Shown here: in pieces, positions 62,471-64,000 of the stretch
Numbering within the stretch: position 1 is the stretch's first letter
Layout: every line of letters starts with the position of its first letter
Assembly (NCBI GenBank): GCA_038060895.1
Contig: JBBTCT010000024.1
Location: forward strand, 160,001 to 224,000
Source: Planctomycetota bacterium
Lineage (GTDB): Bacteria > Planctomycetota > MHYJ01 > WSZJ01
Direction of reading: 5' to 3'
Length of the DNA: 64,000 nt
Position numbers and translations under genes: made by a program
The notes under the pieces: generated by a model
Seen by the model: only the letters and a program-made list of their open reading frames with translations
Told to the model about the DNA's origin: nothing
The model's database searches: none

Positions 62471-63268
62471 CTAGGCGCGTCTGCGCCTGGACCAGCGACG
62501 GGCCAGGCCCCAGAGTCCGAAGAGCACCGGATACTCCAGGCCCGTCAGGCCGCAGTTGCTTCCGTTGTCGTTGGAGGAGCTCGAAGAGCCGCCCGGCGCG
62601 GGCGCCGGCCCCGGAGGTGGCGGAGGAGGAGGCGGCGGCGGCCCGCCGGGAGAATCCACGCCGTCGGAGCCCGAACCCGTCCCGTAAAGACCCACCATGC
62701 CCGCGATGTCGTCCGGCTGCGGGTCGAGCTCGCCCGAAAACACCGGGGCCATCACTGCGCCCGAGGTCGTGGTGTGTCCAAGGCCGAGCGAGTGGCCTAC
62801 TTCGTGAAGCGTGATCCCCTCGATCAGAGAGGAACTCGCCCAGGAAACCGTCCCGTTCATCTCGACGTTCCCCTCGATGATCGTTCCGGCGCCTCCCACC
62901 ATCGAGCCGCCGAGCCCAAGGACGCCGGCCGGCCCTCCCCATGCTTCGTTCCAGTAGATCGCCGTGATCCCGTCGCCATACGTGGCGTCGGCCGGCGTGC
63001 TGCCGCCGTACTCAAGGTCGAGGTTCCCCGCGGTCGAATCTTCCCAGTCGAGCAGGTCGGCCCGGAACAGGTCGACCTCGCCGTCAGCCGTCGCCGGCCC
63101 GCCCGGAAAGTCCGGCGTCCCCGCGGCGTTCATGAACCAGACCACTTCTCCCGACGCGCTCGGAATCGGGAACGGTCCCCATTTCGTCGGCGGTGCATAC
63201 GTGTACGTGTAGCTCCCGGCGACCGTCGCGGTCCCCAGCAGCGCGGCAAGGGCCATGAATCGCTTCAT
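62471..63268 (-). CDS. Matrixin (M10) metalloprotease paralog
   Basis: HEVGHSLGLGH, AVMAP, poly-Pro linker, CGLTGLE tail; colinear with 61360-62166. Confidence 0.88.
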   Translation of the reverse strand: MKRFMALAALLGTATVAGSYTYTYAPPTKWGPFPIPSASGEVVWFMNAAGTPDFPGGPATADGEVDLFRADLLDWEDSTAGNLDLEYGGSTPADATYGDGITAIYWNEAWGGPAGVLGLGGSMVGGAGTIIEGNVEMNGTVSWASSSLIEGITLHEVGHSLGLGHTTTSGAVMAPVFSGELDPQPDDIAGMVGLYGTGSGSDGVDSPGGPPPPPPPPPPGPAPAPGGSSSSSNDNGSNCGLTGLEYPVLFGLWGLARRWSRRRRA

Positions 63269-63897
63269 TTCTTGCTCTCCTCCTGTCCCTGTCGGGACCC
63301 GTTGAATTTTTTCTCGGCAGCCTGTTTGTCGATTTCCTTCTGGAAGCGTGCAAGCACGTCGGCGAGCGGCTCTTCGGCTTCGCTCGGCTTGACCTCGTCC
63401 TCGTGCGTGTCCTTGTCGAGCCGCACGAAGGTCGAATCGGAGAAATCGCGGCGGGCGAAGCGGGTGCCGTCGTTCTCGGTGCGGACGATCCAGCGGCCCT
63501 GGGCCAGACCGGGGATCGGGGAATAGTGCGGGTTGGTGAGGCTGCCTTCGAGGAAGAGCAGCGCTGATTCGCCCTCGGAGAATTTCGGGAGGCCGGGGAT
63601 GCTGGTCGCGAGGTTGCCGATGCGGCCACCGAGCTGGCGGAAGGTTACGGTGCTGCCGGCGGTGGCGCCGCCTTTGAGCGACTGTTCAACACGGATTTCG
63701 ACGGTGGTGAAGATCTGGGACTGGCCGTCGCCGTCGGGGTCTTCCCAGGAAGTAGAGACCCGTGTGACGGTGCCCAGGACGATCTGGTCGCCGTGTGTGA
63801 CGAGTTCGGCGTCGCTCAGTTTGATGAGCGTGGCGGCGTGGCAGAGCATCGCCGCGGTGGCTGCGAGAACGACAGTGGTGGCCAGACGTTTGGCCAT
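63265..63897 (-). CDS. Exported protein coupled to the matrixin
   Basis: Signal peptide MAKRLATTVV; IVLGTV, LKG, GG.IG, G.PKF.EGE..LLFL; ATGA overlap with the protease. Confidence 0.75.
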   Translation of the reverse strand: MAKRLATTVVLAATAAMLCHAATLIKLSDAELVTHGDQIVLGTVTRVSTSWEDPDGDGQSQIFTTVEIRVEQSLKGGATAGSTVTFRQLGGRIGNLATSIPGLPKFSEGESALLFLEGSLTNPHYSPIPGLAQGRWIVRTENDGTRFARRDFSDSTFVRLDKDTHEDEVKPSEAEEPLADVLARFQKEIDKQAAEKKFNGSRQGQEESKK

Positions 63898-64000
63898 GGA
63901 CCCTCTCCCCGGAATCGGAATGATGACTACCCAGCAATCAATGTTCCCCCGAGTGGTGTACAGCGAATTTCGTGTCCAAGACGTCGGAGACGGCAATTGG

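Overview
High-GC bacterial window; gene style and the 'CGLTGLE' C-terminal sorting motifs suggest Planctomycetota, but this is inference only. (1) 55-28688 (+): a large Wzx/Wzy-type exopolysaccharide/capsule operon with Wzc, a WecA-like initiating transferase, Wzy, Wzx, 6 glycosyltransferases, 2 AsnB amidotransferases, 5 methyltransferases, redox enzymes, a heparinase II/III protein and WecB. (2) 28.7-44.6 kb (mostly -): a lasso-peptide RiPP cluster lying between that operon and the polysaccharide export genes. It has B2 protease, cyclase plus a truncated duplicate, precursor (core GTGSIGGDLSKQMGIV), PqqD/RRE, HPr-kinase-like kinase, nucleotidyltransferase and a PRMT-like methyltransferase. 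It is interleaved with a double-DUF3494 lipoprotein, an anti-phage dCTP deaminase split by an in-frame TAG, and duplicated HTH genes. The strongest signal is a 1126-codon FG-GAP/ASPIC-UnbV/thioredoxin/TPR gene. It has a single in-frame TGA followed by an fdhF-like SECIS hairpin (candidate selenoprotein), and its stop overlaps the lasso cyclase start. (3) 45.9-51.6 kb: O-antigen-ligase/TPR protein, outer-membrane barrel and Wza. (4) 51.6-64 kb: M23 peptidase, tig-clpP-clpX, queD, typA, tRNA-Gly(GCC), tandem matrixin proteases and several long inverted repeats/MITE-like elements. All calls come from reading motifs by eye; no database searches were run.
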